Position numbers and translations under genes: made by a program. 64,000 nt of DNA. Origin: Takakia lepidozioides (taxonomy: Eukaryota > Plantae > Bryophyta). Location: the NCBI GenBank assembly GCA_030704615.1, contig CM060732.1:81592001-81656000 (forward strand), given 5' to 3'. The notes under the pieces were generated by a model. The model was not told the origin of the DNA. It ran no database searches and saw only the letters and a list, made by a program, of their open reading frames with translations. Below are positions 36,776 through 49,194 of this stretch, one piece after another (positions within the stretch are counted from its first letter, which is position 1; each line of letters starts with the position of its first letter).

Positions 36776-38050
36776 CCCACTCTGGGATTTTATTGAGGAC
36801 AACGGTTTTAAGAGTCTCAGATATGATGCTTCAAAATAAATTATTTTTTATCAATCTCATCTCACTCGAGCTATTGAATATCTTCATGTTTCTCTTTTTC
36901 ATTTCCTTGTAATCACGCACGTGAAAGATATGGTACTCTCATTTTGACTCATTTTCAGTTGAATTCTTGACGCACATTCCGGACAATCCCAAGACTCTGA
37001 TACAGGCCTTCATACAGGGACAAGACTATATCTAGTGACCTCCACTGTTCAGTGGAGGTTCACATTCGTGCATTCTCGGATTTATGATTATGTCTCTTTG
37101 GCAGGTTCAAGGAGATGCTGACAACGTCATCGGTTCCTCAAGTCCCCTAAAGGAACCCTCCGGATCAGCTGTGAGTCGGAGTATTGAAGGCTTTCCGAGG
37201 GTTCACGATGGTGCTCAAACTGAGGATGGATCCTCTGTCAGACCCTTGTCCTTCCGGGAAGCGGGCGACACTCTTCTCCTCTCGAGTCCTCATGGGGGTA
37301 AAGTCCAAGGTGCAGGTGAAGAACACAAATATCCCGGAGACTTTATCGACCTTTCCCAACATTCCTCACCCTCCCTGTTCAGTACACAGGGTCTAGTCTA
37401 TCCAACCGTTGGGGACTCGGCTATGGCTCCGCTGCACCTGCTTCCGTCTCTTCCTCGCATATTTCCCCAGCACGAGGGTTGGACAGCCCAAATCCGCAGG
37501 AGTCAGGTGACTTAAACTCATTTCTCGCTCCTTGCTCATTCTCCTAGTTTCACTTAGTTTGGGGTCTGATATTCATCTGTCGCTCCAGGTAAGAAAATCT
37601 GTAGATTATGACATTCATGTCAAACGACGTCTGCATTGGAATGCAGTTCCGAGGTAAATTATTCCTTCGTTGCGTTTTCATTCCATCCAGGATGTCGAGT
37701 GCTCAAGGGACAATTTTCTGTGCTTGCCTGTTGTTGCCCCTCCACTTCTCCCCTCGTTCAATGGCAAAACATCTCCAACATCGACACAACGTGACCCTGA
37801 ACTGCTTGCACAATGTTCTGCACCAAAGAGTCGAAAAACAGCCCCGGAGCCATTTCTTTCCTCTGCATGGAATCATTTCAAAGGACAAAGGCTGACATGA
37901 AAAAAAGAGCGGACTCCAAACACATGAGGACTCTTTCGGATGTTGTGGCGCCTCGTCAATCCAAGCCCGCGGGAATCCACTGTTCTTCTGCAAGACATTC
38001 CAAAAAGGCTTTAATGGTACATTTCAAAACAATTTCTCCACTTTCGTTTG

Positions 38051-38052
<2 letters not shown>

Positions 38053-38093
<41 letters not shown>
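38053..38093. repeat. Poly-T homopolymer (41 nt)
   Basis: Direct count. Confidence 0.9.
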
Positions 38094-38422
38094 CTTGTCC
38101 CACACTAACTCCGTTATTTCTATACAAGCGAGTATGGAGCCGCATAACTTCTTGAATGCGCCTCCCGACAAGGTGCGTCCAATAACCTCCACTTGACAGC
38201 CGATGTTCATCTTTTCGTGATCTCGAACTCTTCGATATATGGTCTACTCTTGGTCCTTTACAGTAGTCCATTGTCGGGACACTTATGTCTCCGAAAACAT
38301 AGAGGTCACTCTGAAACTAAGAAACACTACATTGTGTTGTTTATGACGGCGGGAACACTTAAATTGCGTAGGTTGGTATCGTCCATTAACCTTCATTTGC
38401 AACATCGGGGAAGAGGAAACGG

Positions 38423-39120
38423 ATGCTGTTAATATTGAGTGTCAACGGTCTCCTTTGCTACCGGCCACCTCCAACCGGCGGTGAATTGTTTAAGGAGAGA
38501 TTTCGTTTCAGGAAAGTTACAGTTCATGTTCCCGAAAAACCTTTTGTGGTTCATCGGCCCGGAGTCTTGGAGTTTCTCAACCTTGCGTTTATGCATTTTC
38601 ACGTGGCGATCTAGTCATGTGCTGAAAGACATGTTCTTTATAGGATGCTCGAGTGTTTAGTTCCTACGAAAATTGCGAAGAAGTTTTGCTTCATCTGGTC
38701 AGCTAAGGATTGCAAAGACACTACCGGTTATATCATGTCTGGGATGAAATATCTCGTTAAGGATATTCGCACTGTTCTTGCCAAATACCCTGGTACACCC
38801 TTTGCAACGCAGGGACAAATACTCCTTGTTGATGATGAGCCATCAAAGGGCCTCCGAAACCCACCAAATACTGGATTCTTCCCTATTTCATACAAGCCAT
38901 CACCAAAGGGATTGGTTGACCAGGATGATATGACAAAAGCTGTGTGGCCATATATATTGAAAATGGCTACAGCTTCAATAGTCGTAGATTACATCAGCGA
39001 GAACCCTGCCAAGTGTTCTTGTAAGCCTATTGGTCGTGACCATGCCTATTGGGCTTGGTATGGAAGATATGTTGATCCTCGTGTTTGGATCCCACAACAA
39101 AAAGAACCTGATTACTTTGG
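38423..39120 (+). pseudogene. Third FCP1/NIF-like domain, with one in-frame stop
   Basis: LLILSVNGLL, RPGVLEFL..FHVAI*S, VKDI, ILLVDD..K..RNP. Confidence 0.7.
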
Positions 39121-39409
39121 TATGTACTTATCCCACTGTTTGTTGTTTATGGAGAATTTGATCTTGAAAGTGTCTTCCACTTGCACTTTTACTTTATCAT
39201 TTTTTCTACAAATGTTCCACATTTCAACTGACATTTGTCATATGAAAAATTGTTTTGCCCAGTCACATTCAAGGAGCGAATTCGAAAAGAAGAAGAAGAG
39301 CTTCGTGATTGGCAAGAATGGCGGGCTTCCCGGCAGGCTTCAAGGGCATCAAGAGATTCAACAAGTAGAGTTCCAAGTAACATTCCGGATGATAATGTTA
39401 CTACTAGGT

Positions 39410-41021
39410 TCAAGTTCTCCGAAAGTTCCGCCAGATGCCCCCTTTGATTCCTCTTTCTTCGGTTCAGCTCTCTTCTCCTTGGTACATTCTTTTCCCCAAT
39501 GTCCGATCTCCCCACAATTCCAACATGCAGTAACTTTCTTACGTTCTCCAATCTCCTGCCTGCGCTTTTCTCGTTGTTCTGGAGTGAGCTGCGGCTTCCC
39601 AGATGGTGATCCACCCTTGGGCTTGAAAGTGGCCGTGTAGGCTGTGGCTCCTCCCACCTTGTTGGTGCTTCGGTGATCAAGGTCACGCATGCGAGCTTCT
39701 TCTCTAGTCAGCCTTCCCGTCATAACACTGATGGTTCGCTCTGTAGTTGGCACATTTTCCCATGAGGACTGGAACGGTTCATATGAAGCAGGCAGCTGGC
39801 TGAGAATCTTGGCCATGACGGTGTTGTCAGTAAAAGTGTTGTCTCCAAGATTTGTGAGCTCACAGCGTGCTTCCTCAATCTTGCCAAGGAAATCAGCTAT
39901 GCTATCACCATCGTCCATAGTGATGTCAAAGAAGCGCTGTTGAACGTGATGAATGCTTATTGATCATGCACCTCGACCAACTTGTCCCATATGGCTTTTG
40001 AGGTCTTGCAACTCATGACATACTTTAAGATCTTCTCCTCAACGGCCTGACACAAGAGATGGACTGCCTGATTGTCTTTTTTGATCCATAAGGCAAGCCC
40101 CTCTGCATTTGACGATGCAGGTTTTGGGGTAGAACCATCGACTACATCCATCAGCTCTTTTCCGAGGAAAAGAGCTCTCATTTGGAATTGCCACATGTGG
40201 AAATTTTGTCCTGAGAATCTCCTGATGTTTCCCAAGTCCTTATTGTCAGCCATGCTACGAAGACCGACTCCACTGACCAGAAAAACAAAAACTTTAAAAC
40301 TTGCACAAGTTCAACGACTTGTGGCAGAGTGTGATCTGACTCTCTATTAACGAGAACCCACGAGCAAGATAGCTTGCTCGTACACACACAAGCTTGGCAA
40401 CTTGATTTTACTGATAGACACGACGGCCTGTTTCTACTCACAAGCTCAAAATATTTGACTCCTTCAAGCACGGTGACCTGATCAACTTTCCTACTGTATA
40501 CGCAATGCCCAACTATGATGTCAAAGATAATAAAAGAGCGATGGAATAATTAGACTGACAAGAAAAGCTCGCAGGGAAGGGATACGTGGGCCCATAACCT
40601 ATTTGAGCAAAGGCATCACTTACACAAGATGTTGACTCACAGGACTGATAAAAGGGAATGTATTAGTTGTAGATCTCAGATTGCACTACACAGCAAAAAC
40701 CTCCGTGATTGCCTCACACACTGACTTACTGCAACTCCAGCATCTGTAGGCACTCTGCCACTGGACTATATAGGTAGTCACACCATTGCCAAGCTTTCAT
40801 GCATCCTGGCTGCAGGGATGCTTGCATGCAACAACTAATCGTCCCCTAACGTATCAAGAACTGTATATATCAAGAACCTGTATATACCAAGAACCTGTAT
40901 AGAGCAACTAACCTCATACAGTATAAGAACCTAGATATATTACTACTACAGAGACCCGCAGCTAGGAATAACAATGCACGAGTAAATGAAGCTGATGAAC
41001 TAAGCACACAAGATCATAACA
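39410..41021 (-). mobile_element. 3'-truncated Ty1/copia element: 5' LTR (~41021-40602), PBS, frameshifted gag with CCHC knuckle
   Basis: gag motifs FSGQNFHMWQFQM, KILSQLPASY and CWNCGEIGHWGKEC; minus-strand GGTTATGGGCCC at ~40600-40589 is the copia-type internal tRNA-iMet PBS; LTR start TGTTATG is approximate. Confidence 0.85.
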
Positions 41022-41226
41022 GACCACAAAGAGAAAGAGCTTGTTTCGCGCTGATTGTATTAAAATTACAACTCATCAAATTTGAGAAAGAATTATGAAC
41101 AAAACTATGGCATCGATCGTGCTGGGCTTTTCTATTCTAACGGCAGTGTGCAGCAGAGACACTGCAGTGCAGCCTCTTCCTGTTTCTTCCGGGTGGCACT
41201 ATTCCGCTTGGTTGGTAGGATTCTTG

Positions 41227-44200
41227 CTAGCATTGAGGATAGTCGGATGGTGGAGGAGGAATCGTTTGATCTGGACCGACTCCGTTTTTCACGATGAGCA
41301 CCGTGTCCATGCCCCAGGTGCTATGGACCTCCAAATGACAGTGCAGGAACCACACACCTGATCACATCATATGCCCAACCAAAAATTTAGTCCAGTGGAG
41401 ATCATCAGTTGAGTACATATGAAACATTGTGCATCAATCGGATGGAGTTGAAGTGCACTTATCAAGGATATAGATAGTACAGCGATCTTCCATCGAGGAT
41501 CCTCTATAACACAATTGACACACTTGCAAGTGGGATAGTGGTTGTCTATGTACCTGGGTTATCTGCTTTGAATCGAATGACCACCCAGCCTGCACTTGGC
41601 ACTTGAACAGTGTTGCGTTGCACGGGATCCACCAAGTTCAACTCGGCTGTTGCGGCGTTGTAGTTCCCAAAACCACTCCCTACAACATAGAAACGGTATC
41701 CGTGAAGATGAAAAGGATGACTCTCGACCCCAATTGTGTTGGTATCCTGCAGCACGATCTGCACGTTGGAGCCGTATTCGAGGACGATCACCTTTGTGCC
41801 ACGGAATGGAGTTGCGTACATAAAAATTGGTACGTTTACGTAGTCATATGGCATGGGAGGATTTTCTGGGTAGTCCGTAGTGTAAATCCCACTGATGTTG
41901 TAGTAATATGCTGGCAGAATAGCTGTTGATGTAGGACGAACAAAAGACATATTATTGATAGAAGCTGATTGAGTTTCACCCCTTAAACCCTGGCAGTCTG
42001 TTGCGTTCCAATCACACGGGATCAGATTGAGCGCGACGGCAAAGAAGAAGTTCCGATCCACTGTTTGGGGCATTGATGAGTCTGAAGCGCCTCTAATGCT
42101 TGCGGCAAAGTCTGCCACAAACTTGGTATCGTCCAGTAAGGGGAGATTAGTAGGGAACCAAGGTGAAGAGCTGCTGAAGTCACCGTCCGCGCTTTTGGTG
42201 TTGCCCCGCAATCCGTGTCGGGAGCCTCGATCATCAGCGACGTTTTTCGAGGAGCAATTTTGATAAGTAAGTACAGCTAATGCCTGATCGTGGAGGTACG
42301 CTTGTAGTGGGGCAGGATTGTACGGGGTGGAGATCATGTAGTAGCTGTTGCAGGGTTGGTCAGCAGTTACCAATACATTTGTAGTTTGACCTGGAGACAA
42401 GATCACAGTATGTGTATTGTAGGGCTTGGTGTAGGAGCCGTCCACTTCCACCACCGTAAGTGTGTGATTCGCAATAGCGAAATATAGCTCAACGTTCAGG
42501 GCCACATTTATGAGGCGGAGGAGATACGTTTTTCCAGGATGCACATCGAGGATACTGTGCACACCTGAACACATGCGACCACACTTTCAATACCATTTCG
42601 AATCAATCAACAATGACGCTAAAATCATTCATGAGATGAAGAAATTTGCTACAGGTGCCTCAGCTAATATAGAAAATACGGAAGTTTTTGATAGAGGCTT
42701 TCGACATAGAACCGCTGACAAGAACGCTCAACATGCTATGCTGTGCACTTTTGATATTATAAAGTGGTTTCTTAATACAGAAAGTCTCACACACCTGCAG
42801 ATGGACATCGAGGGGACGACCCAGAGTAGCCGTTAAGTAGATATGCGTCAGGAATTCCTGTCAATCCTCCTGTTTGAAGCAGATTATATTCTATATCCTC
42901 CACATTTCCATTCCAAAAGTCCCCTGCATATATAGGCCCATGTTCGACAGAAAATTAGATGGTGGCGAGAATTGCTTAAGTCGAACAAGCATGATTGATC
43001 AGCTACGCATGTTTGTAGATTTGGCGAGCAGAAAAGTTAGATTGACCAAATACGTCTAGATACACGACAATTTGCTGAGGGAATTTTTTGAGACGAGATT
43101 AGATGCATGATTCAATCTCCGGAAATCCACCTGAACACACTAACTGGCATCATTAAGGAAACTACCCAAACAATTTCGTGTGGCAGTGCTGTTTCGACGT
43201 ACACTTAAAGAGAAGGATTTCTCGGCCGATTATATAGGACCTTGATAATCTACCGTATGGTCATTGAAGATTAGATGACCGCTAGGTTGCAATCACTGAT
43301 TTAAACCCCTTTAAGCCCTCCAAGTGAAGCGTGCAAGCACCATTAGTCCTGAGGTCCAAACGAAACTCACCTAGAAGGATAGGGACGTCCTCATGTATTG
43401 CTGGAACGGATGCAGCGAAAGGATAATGGTTGCCAGGTTTGGGGTAGACGATGAAAGCACCATGAACAGTAGCTCGCAACCAGGAGACATGTGCATGCCA
43501 CCACAATGTTCCGGTCTGCCCCACCACTGTGAAGTTGTAGGTGTAGCTGTGGCCTGGTAGGATGGGACACTGCGTTATGTAAGCAGGTCCATCAGCCCAT
43601 GGCGACAGCCGCTGATCTACTCCATGCCTGCGTTACAACCATTCGCTTTGTTATTATGCAGAATGCTGTACAGCCCAATCCTCTTTTTCACAGTAAACGT
43701 CCTACCGCATGTTCCCATGCAGTAAATGAAGCCATTTTCTAGACATCGAAAATTGGAACTAGAATTGGAAATCTGATGGTCGACCCTATGTTCCGTACTT
43801 AGTCTCCTTTGTCTTCCAACTGTTTCCATCGCACCTACAGCAGTCCTCTACGACATTGAACGTGGCTCCTAAAAAATGGAGAATCGCTAAGATCTAGAGC
43901 GAATTCAAGGTTTCATCCCATACTACTTTACTTCAAGATTGCGACTTATCTCTGAGCAGAAATAGCATACCAGTGAATAGAGATGTTGTATTTCACGTTG
44001 TTTTTAACTGTCACCACAACTCTGTCACCTTCGTACATCTTCATTGTCTGACCCGGAAATTCTCCATTCACAGTGACAATTTTGCTGGTGTTGCAATTCA
44101 CTGTTACGTTTTTGTATTCTAACTGCAACACGGAACCAAACACTCAGTGAGTCGGACTCTCGGGAAATGACCGTAGACAGTTGATAACTTGAGCTGGCAC

Positions 44201-44576
44201 TTGTTGAACCGGTATGTACATGCCGAGTTCTCTTTTTCCTCTTTACGGACATTGCAACTATACTAGACCTAGTTGCGCTGTGACTGCATTTATCGCGAGG
44301 CCCTCATCATAAATAATAACTAGAAGGCAGTTACGGAATGGAATGAGGAGAAAATCTAATGTTCATTCCAATCAATTCAGAATTGTACAGGAGTATGGAC
44401 AAGGGACTACGCACCTCGAAGTGAAAGCGTCTTGTCGTTGGATGCCAGTTGTGTGGGGGGTGAAAACTAGGCTCGTGAGGATCTTTACGCGCCACAGTTT
44501 GTGTCGCTATGCTTAGCAGCAGCATGAACTGGAGTATCTGACGAAAGGGTCTACTCCTTACGCCGCAACAATCCAT
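41227..44576 (-). CDS. LAC: Laccase (multicopper oxidase), 6 exons: 44576-44415, 44122-43971, 43627-43371, 42923-42795, 42564-41554, 41357-41227
   Basis: Signal peptide; copper ligands HWHG, WWHAH, HPFHLHG and HCHLEVH..WGM; all introns GT-AG with the frame preserved. Confidence 0.95.
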
Positions 44577-45623
44577 GTCAAGTCGCGATCTGAGGTCGAG
44601 AGAGTGCGTGAGTAAATATCACGCCCGCAGGAGCCTCACAGCGCCCAAGGGACAGGTGGAACAACACAGAACCACAGTAGAGAAAGAGCTCTAGAGAATT
44701 TTCCAGAGTATAGCTGGGTTATAATCAAAATTGTGCGAGGTTCGGAAACGTAGACAGACAGTGAGCAGTGAGCACAGCACAGACACAGCAGATGGTTGAG
44801 TACGAACGAGGTACGAACACTTAATGACTACACGGGATGACGCTTCCTCATATACATGAAGCCAGTGCATCAATAGTCAACGTCCAGGGAAACGCTGACT
44901 GTTTTTGTTTTGTTGCGGGGCCGGATTGGGATGGCTGCGCTGACAATTGAAGCTACGGTATTGCAGATCAGAGGTTCCTGGTTCGCAGGGCATGATTCAC
45001 AGTACCAAGTCGATCGTGAAGTAAGCCGACCGAGAGACGACGTCCGACTCCACTCCTGGACGAGCTCTGCATCAGGGTGGAGCAGGTTTGTCCGAGTATA
45101 ACGGCCCGCCAATTCAAATCTACGGGTCGAATACCGTGTTCCCGATACATCAGGCGAAGACGAGGAGACAAACCCGCTTGAGGAAGCTTGAAGCTCTAGA
45201 CACCTACGCACAACCTCTGACATTCCACTCGGCTACAGTTTTCAACGTAGAGGCCGTGGACCCATCTGCGTCACTCGAACACAATCTCAACCTCGTCGAT
45301 GCCCAGGAAATCGAAAGAGTAATCCTGCTGGCATTCTCCTTTGCAGTAGCCTTGCTCATCCGCAGAAGCCGATTCGTGGTGTATCCAAGTTGCAACTGCG
45401 TTGACATGTACAGTAGCGAGATTCATGGCGGACGAATCTCGAAGACAAGGTCGTGGATGCGCGTCACCTCCAAATCTCTAGCCATTGCTGACGCGCGACA
45501 GTGGGGCCACGCGCTCGGCGAGTGGATAGCCACAGTGCAGCAATGCATCATCTTTCGTGTTCAAGTCGAGAATCCCCATAATGTCCAACATCCCTCCAAA
45601 TTTTCCTAGTATGGCGTAAGTAC

Positions 45624-46405
45624 CACTGTTGGCTGGGTACCATGTTTTGAGCCCTCTTCCAATCCCGGTGATAGCCCACTCTTTGAAAAAAATGGGTGTC
45701 CTGGGCTTGGTTACAGGTTCTCATTAAACACATGATTTTTTTTGTTGTCCGGTTCTCAATCTACCGGTTATGTCATCTTAAAAAATGCAGGTTCCATGGT
45801 ACCGGTTATGGGATTCATCCACTATTATTTTTTTACTTTTTCCAGACTTTTTGTGTATGTGTGTAAAACTACACAAGAGGGCTTTCGCCTGGTGGTAAGC
45901 CACTCCTGTGTTGGCCTGTGGATCTGATTTTCAAATGTTCAACTCCTGTCATCTATCTCTGGGGGCTCTGCCCTTGTAATACCCTAAGCTTACAACTTAC
46001 AACTATTATTTTAGCTAAATGCCCAACTAATTAATTTCCTATCTACTTGGACATTCTCCCTAACCATTGAAAATGTATTGTAACTAGTAAGACATAACAT
46101 TCCCCTCAGGATCTGTCCATCTGTAATGTTCTTAACTACCATCACCAACCCCTACATGACTTGTATTATCTAGAACCGCCTCTACGACATCCACATTTGC
46201 TCCAGATCCCAGATCTTGCTCCGGGATAACATCCTTACAATCACGATGCCGGTTCTCTAGCCGGTTAGGAAGCTCGATGGCTTTTGCCGGTTCCCTTCCA
46301 TAGCCGGTTCCTGTGGGGGGCTACACTTTCCGGTTGTGCATATGTACATAACTGGCAAATAACCGCCGGATATGCATGTCCAGATGCCATACCCGGCCAA
46401 CACTG
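45624..46405. mobile_element. hAT-type MITE A, 8-bp TSD GTAAGTAC
   Basis: TIRs CACTGTTGGCTGGGTA and TACCCGGCCAACACTG; TSD at 45616-45623 and 46406-46413. Confidence 0.85.
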
Positions 46406-46413
46406 GTAAGTAC

Positions 46414-47666
46414 CAGTGTTGGTCTGGTATCTTGAATTGGAAATACCATAAGGGTCCTGGTATGTAGTGCTGAATTTTTCTTAAGGCAGGTAGGTTTTCC
46501 AATAATGCAGCCCCTGAATTTTTCAAGTATGAATCTGGTATGCATAGAGTGGTTTTAAGAGAAAATCAATCCGGATATGAGCAATGGTATCTTTTATTTT
46601 ATTTTATTTTATTTATTTATTTTTCAAAGGAAACCTGGGAGCGACTGCTCACAATTCAGGCCCTTGAGGAGGGGAAAAAATTAACCCCCTTTCAGATAAG
46701 CCATTAGGTACACAGTGGGAAACGTCACCACCAAACCAGCCGGTCACGAATGGTATCTGAATGTCAATAACCTATAAATATGGATATGGTATTAAAGAAT
46801 GAAAAAAATAAAAATGGTACTAGTATTCAAATTCAAATTCAATATTGAAATGGCCATTTGAATATTCAAGAAAACCACAAGGAAACATACTCATCTCATA
46901 GGATACCAACCCCCATACAATTATACACTAAATCAGAATTGCATCCGAAAGGGGGCAGTAGGAATGTGGGCCTCAATTGACCCTCTCAGGTCTTTTCTTG
47001 CAGTTCCAAACTAATGCGAAATACCTTTCCCATTCATCCACATAAACGCTCCTTAGAAACTGACAATTGTTTCGACCCACATGACACCACCACAATCATA
47101 AATGTCCACACAAAACATCCAAACCTTTTCTACTAGTTTCCGAGAACCCGCATAATTTACAGCCACATTCCAGTCAGAGTCAATTGAATTGTTGATGGTG
47201 CTGCTTCAATCCCAATTATAATGGTACTCAGCATAATTGAGACCTACTCATGTAGCACATTTCCAGGAGACAAGATATAAAGGTGCCAATGAATCAGGCG
47301 AAGTGGCTCTTAGTTACGCCGGCCTCGGCCGGAGTCTTCTCTCTACACTAAATCAGAATTGCATCCATAGTGTCTCGCAAATGAAGATCAAAGTGTCAAC
47401 ACATGAAGCCCGGCATCCATAATGTCTATATGTGCATATTAACATGATACCTGAACATACCTGCAACGATGAGTCGAGCTCTAGTAGGGGCCCGGGGGAA
47501 GGAGAACTCTAACCGCTGCCTGCTGGGTTTGGGGGGCCGCCAGGGAACTCGAGAACCTTCTGGTAGGATACTACAAATGTTTATAGGAACAAAGAACAAT
47601 AGGTTAGAGACCCGGGTTGATGCCCGGGTTGATACCTGGCGAAACCCACATACCAAACCAACACTG
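46414..47666. mobile_element. hAT-type non-autonomous element B, 8-bp TSD GTAAGTAC
   Basis: TIRs CAGTGTTGGTCTGGTAT and ATACCAAACCAACACTG; TSD at 46406-46413 and 47667-47674. Confidence 0.85.
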
Positions 47667-48847
47667 GTAAGTACTAAGTAGATCCGACATGATATCATTT
47701 TTTTTATTGGCGAATTGTCGCGAGATTTCAACCTCAAGAAATGGAAATTCCCTGTTCCTTCTTCATGGATAAAATCGCCAAACTTTTCCTAATAAAATAT
47801 AAATTATGGATGAATTTGCCAAATATGGATGATATAAATAGATTAAAGTACAGAGGTGGATGATTCTATCCTAATTCAGCCACCCGGGCTGTTTTCCAGA
47901 TTTCACAAAGAAAACGCTGAGTTACTATCCCATGTGAATAGCGTTATATCAAGCGGGCAATATCCGCAAGGGGAAGAGGTTGTTTACGCTAGCTTCGGTT
48001 GGCGTCATATATAAGCGTCTTACACCTAGTTTCTCAAACGCCCAGAACCCAGAGTTGGATCAATTTTAGCCGCCAAAAGAGTATGTGGATAAATATGTGC
48101 GCCGCAGTTAAATATACGCAAATTATACCTTTAAGAGAGTTTGTTAAACATCAAATCAATTCAAGCCACTATAAGTAGAGTGAAGAAGGAGAGTTCTGGC
48201 CAGAAACCAAGGGAGAGAACCGGCAGCCAATTACATGCTAGCCGAGTGTTTCGAGGAATTTCCGAGTGATAATTGAGACCAGAAAATTCATCGAGGAAGT
48301 TTACATAGGAAATTGACGATTGTAGTTACCACTAAGGGGGAAGCAACCCACTCCCCAACCCACTTAGCCGGTTGGTTCTGGGACAAGGGCCCACTGGCTG
48401 GTTCAACTCAAATTATTTCCTAGACGCCGCCTGCCAGAGCCAGTGTAACCAAGAGCCACTTCCCCTTGCAGCTAAAAGGTCCATAGTGGGTGCATTGCGG
48501 GGAGGTTGTTTTTACTGGAAATGATATAGAACGTCCATACTTCATCCATTGTTCTAAATTCTCTATTTATACACACATGCATTCATCCAACCCAAAAAGT
48601 TGGTTGTGATGGTCAATAAATAGTAACTGAAGTTGGACCCATAAAGAGCGGGTCTAATGTTTTTGGAGCTAAAATTAAGCCCCTCATGGGCATGTTGTAC
48701 GGTCAAAATGTAGGATGACGTCACCGTTCAAAGTTTCTCTAGTTCCACAAAAACTGGATAAAGCGCTGACTTTTAACATATAGGGCCCACCCTCGGAAAA
48801 GGCAGTATGTAGTATATAGCCCCAAGCTGAACTTGTGGCTCTTATTA

Positions 48848-49194
48848 CCGCACTTACCTAGCTTATTAGGCACTTCCACGCCTAATAATTAATAAAAATG
48901 GAATATTATTAGGCAGATTCGTTTTTATTGTTGAACAATTGTTTTTGACCTCCCTCAAAAACTATTGTTGAGGTAACTGTCTTTTAAAAAAACATAATGG
49001 TTTTGAAAATAGATATTATCTCAACAAATATCAACAAATATTTGGACATTTTGGTAATTTTCACCATTTTCGAGCAATTAGGCACTTCTCAGGAAAATTT
49101 TCCAAGTTTTAAGCACATGTTCCAAAGATGTTCTAAATTTAATTAGGCACTTGATTTTGAATTAATTATTGCCTAATAAAGTAGGTAAGTACGG
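48848..49194. mobile_element. Tc1/mariner (pogo-like) MITE, TA TSD
   Basis: 25-bp TIRs (22/25 match) CCG(C/T)ACTTACCTA..TTATTAGGCA, flanked by TA at 48846-48847 and 49195-49196. Confidence 0.8.

Noticed and set aside
45088-45609. 173-aa ORF upstream of the laccase
   Set aside because: Non-ATG start and no recognisable motif
49185-49192. GTAAGTAC also occurs in the mariner MITE TIR, matching the hAT target 8-mer
   Set aside because: The flanks of the hAT target do not match the TIR, so it is probably chance
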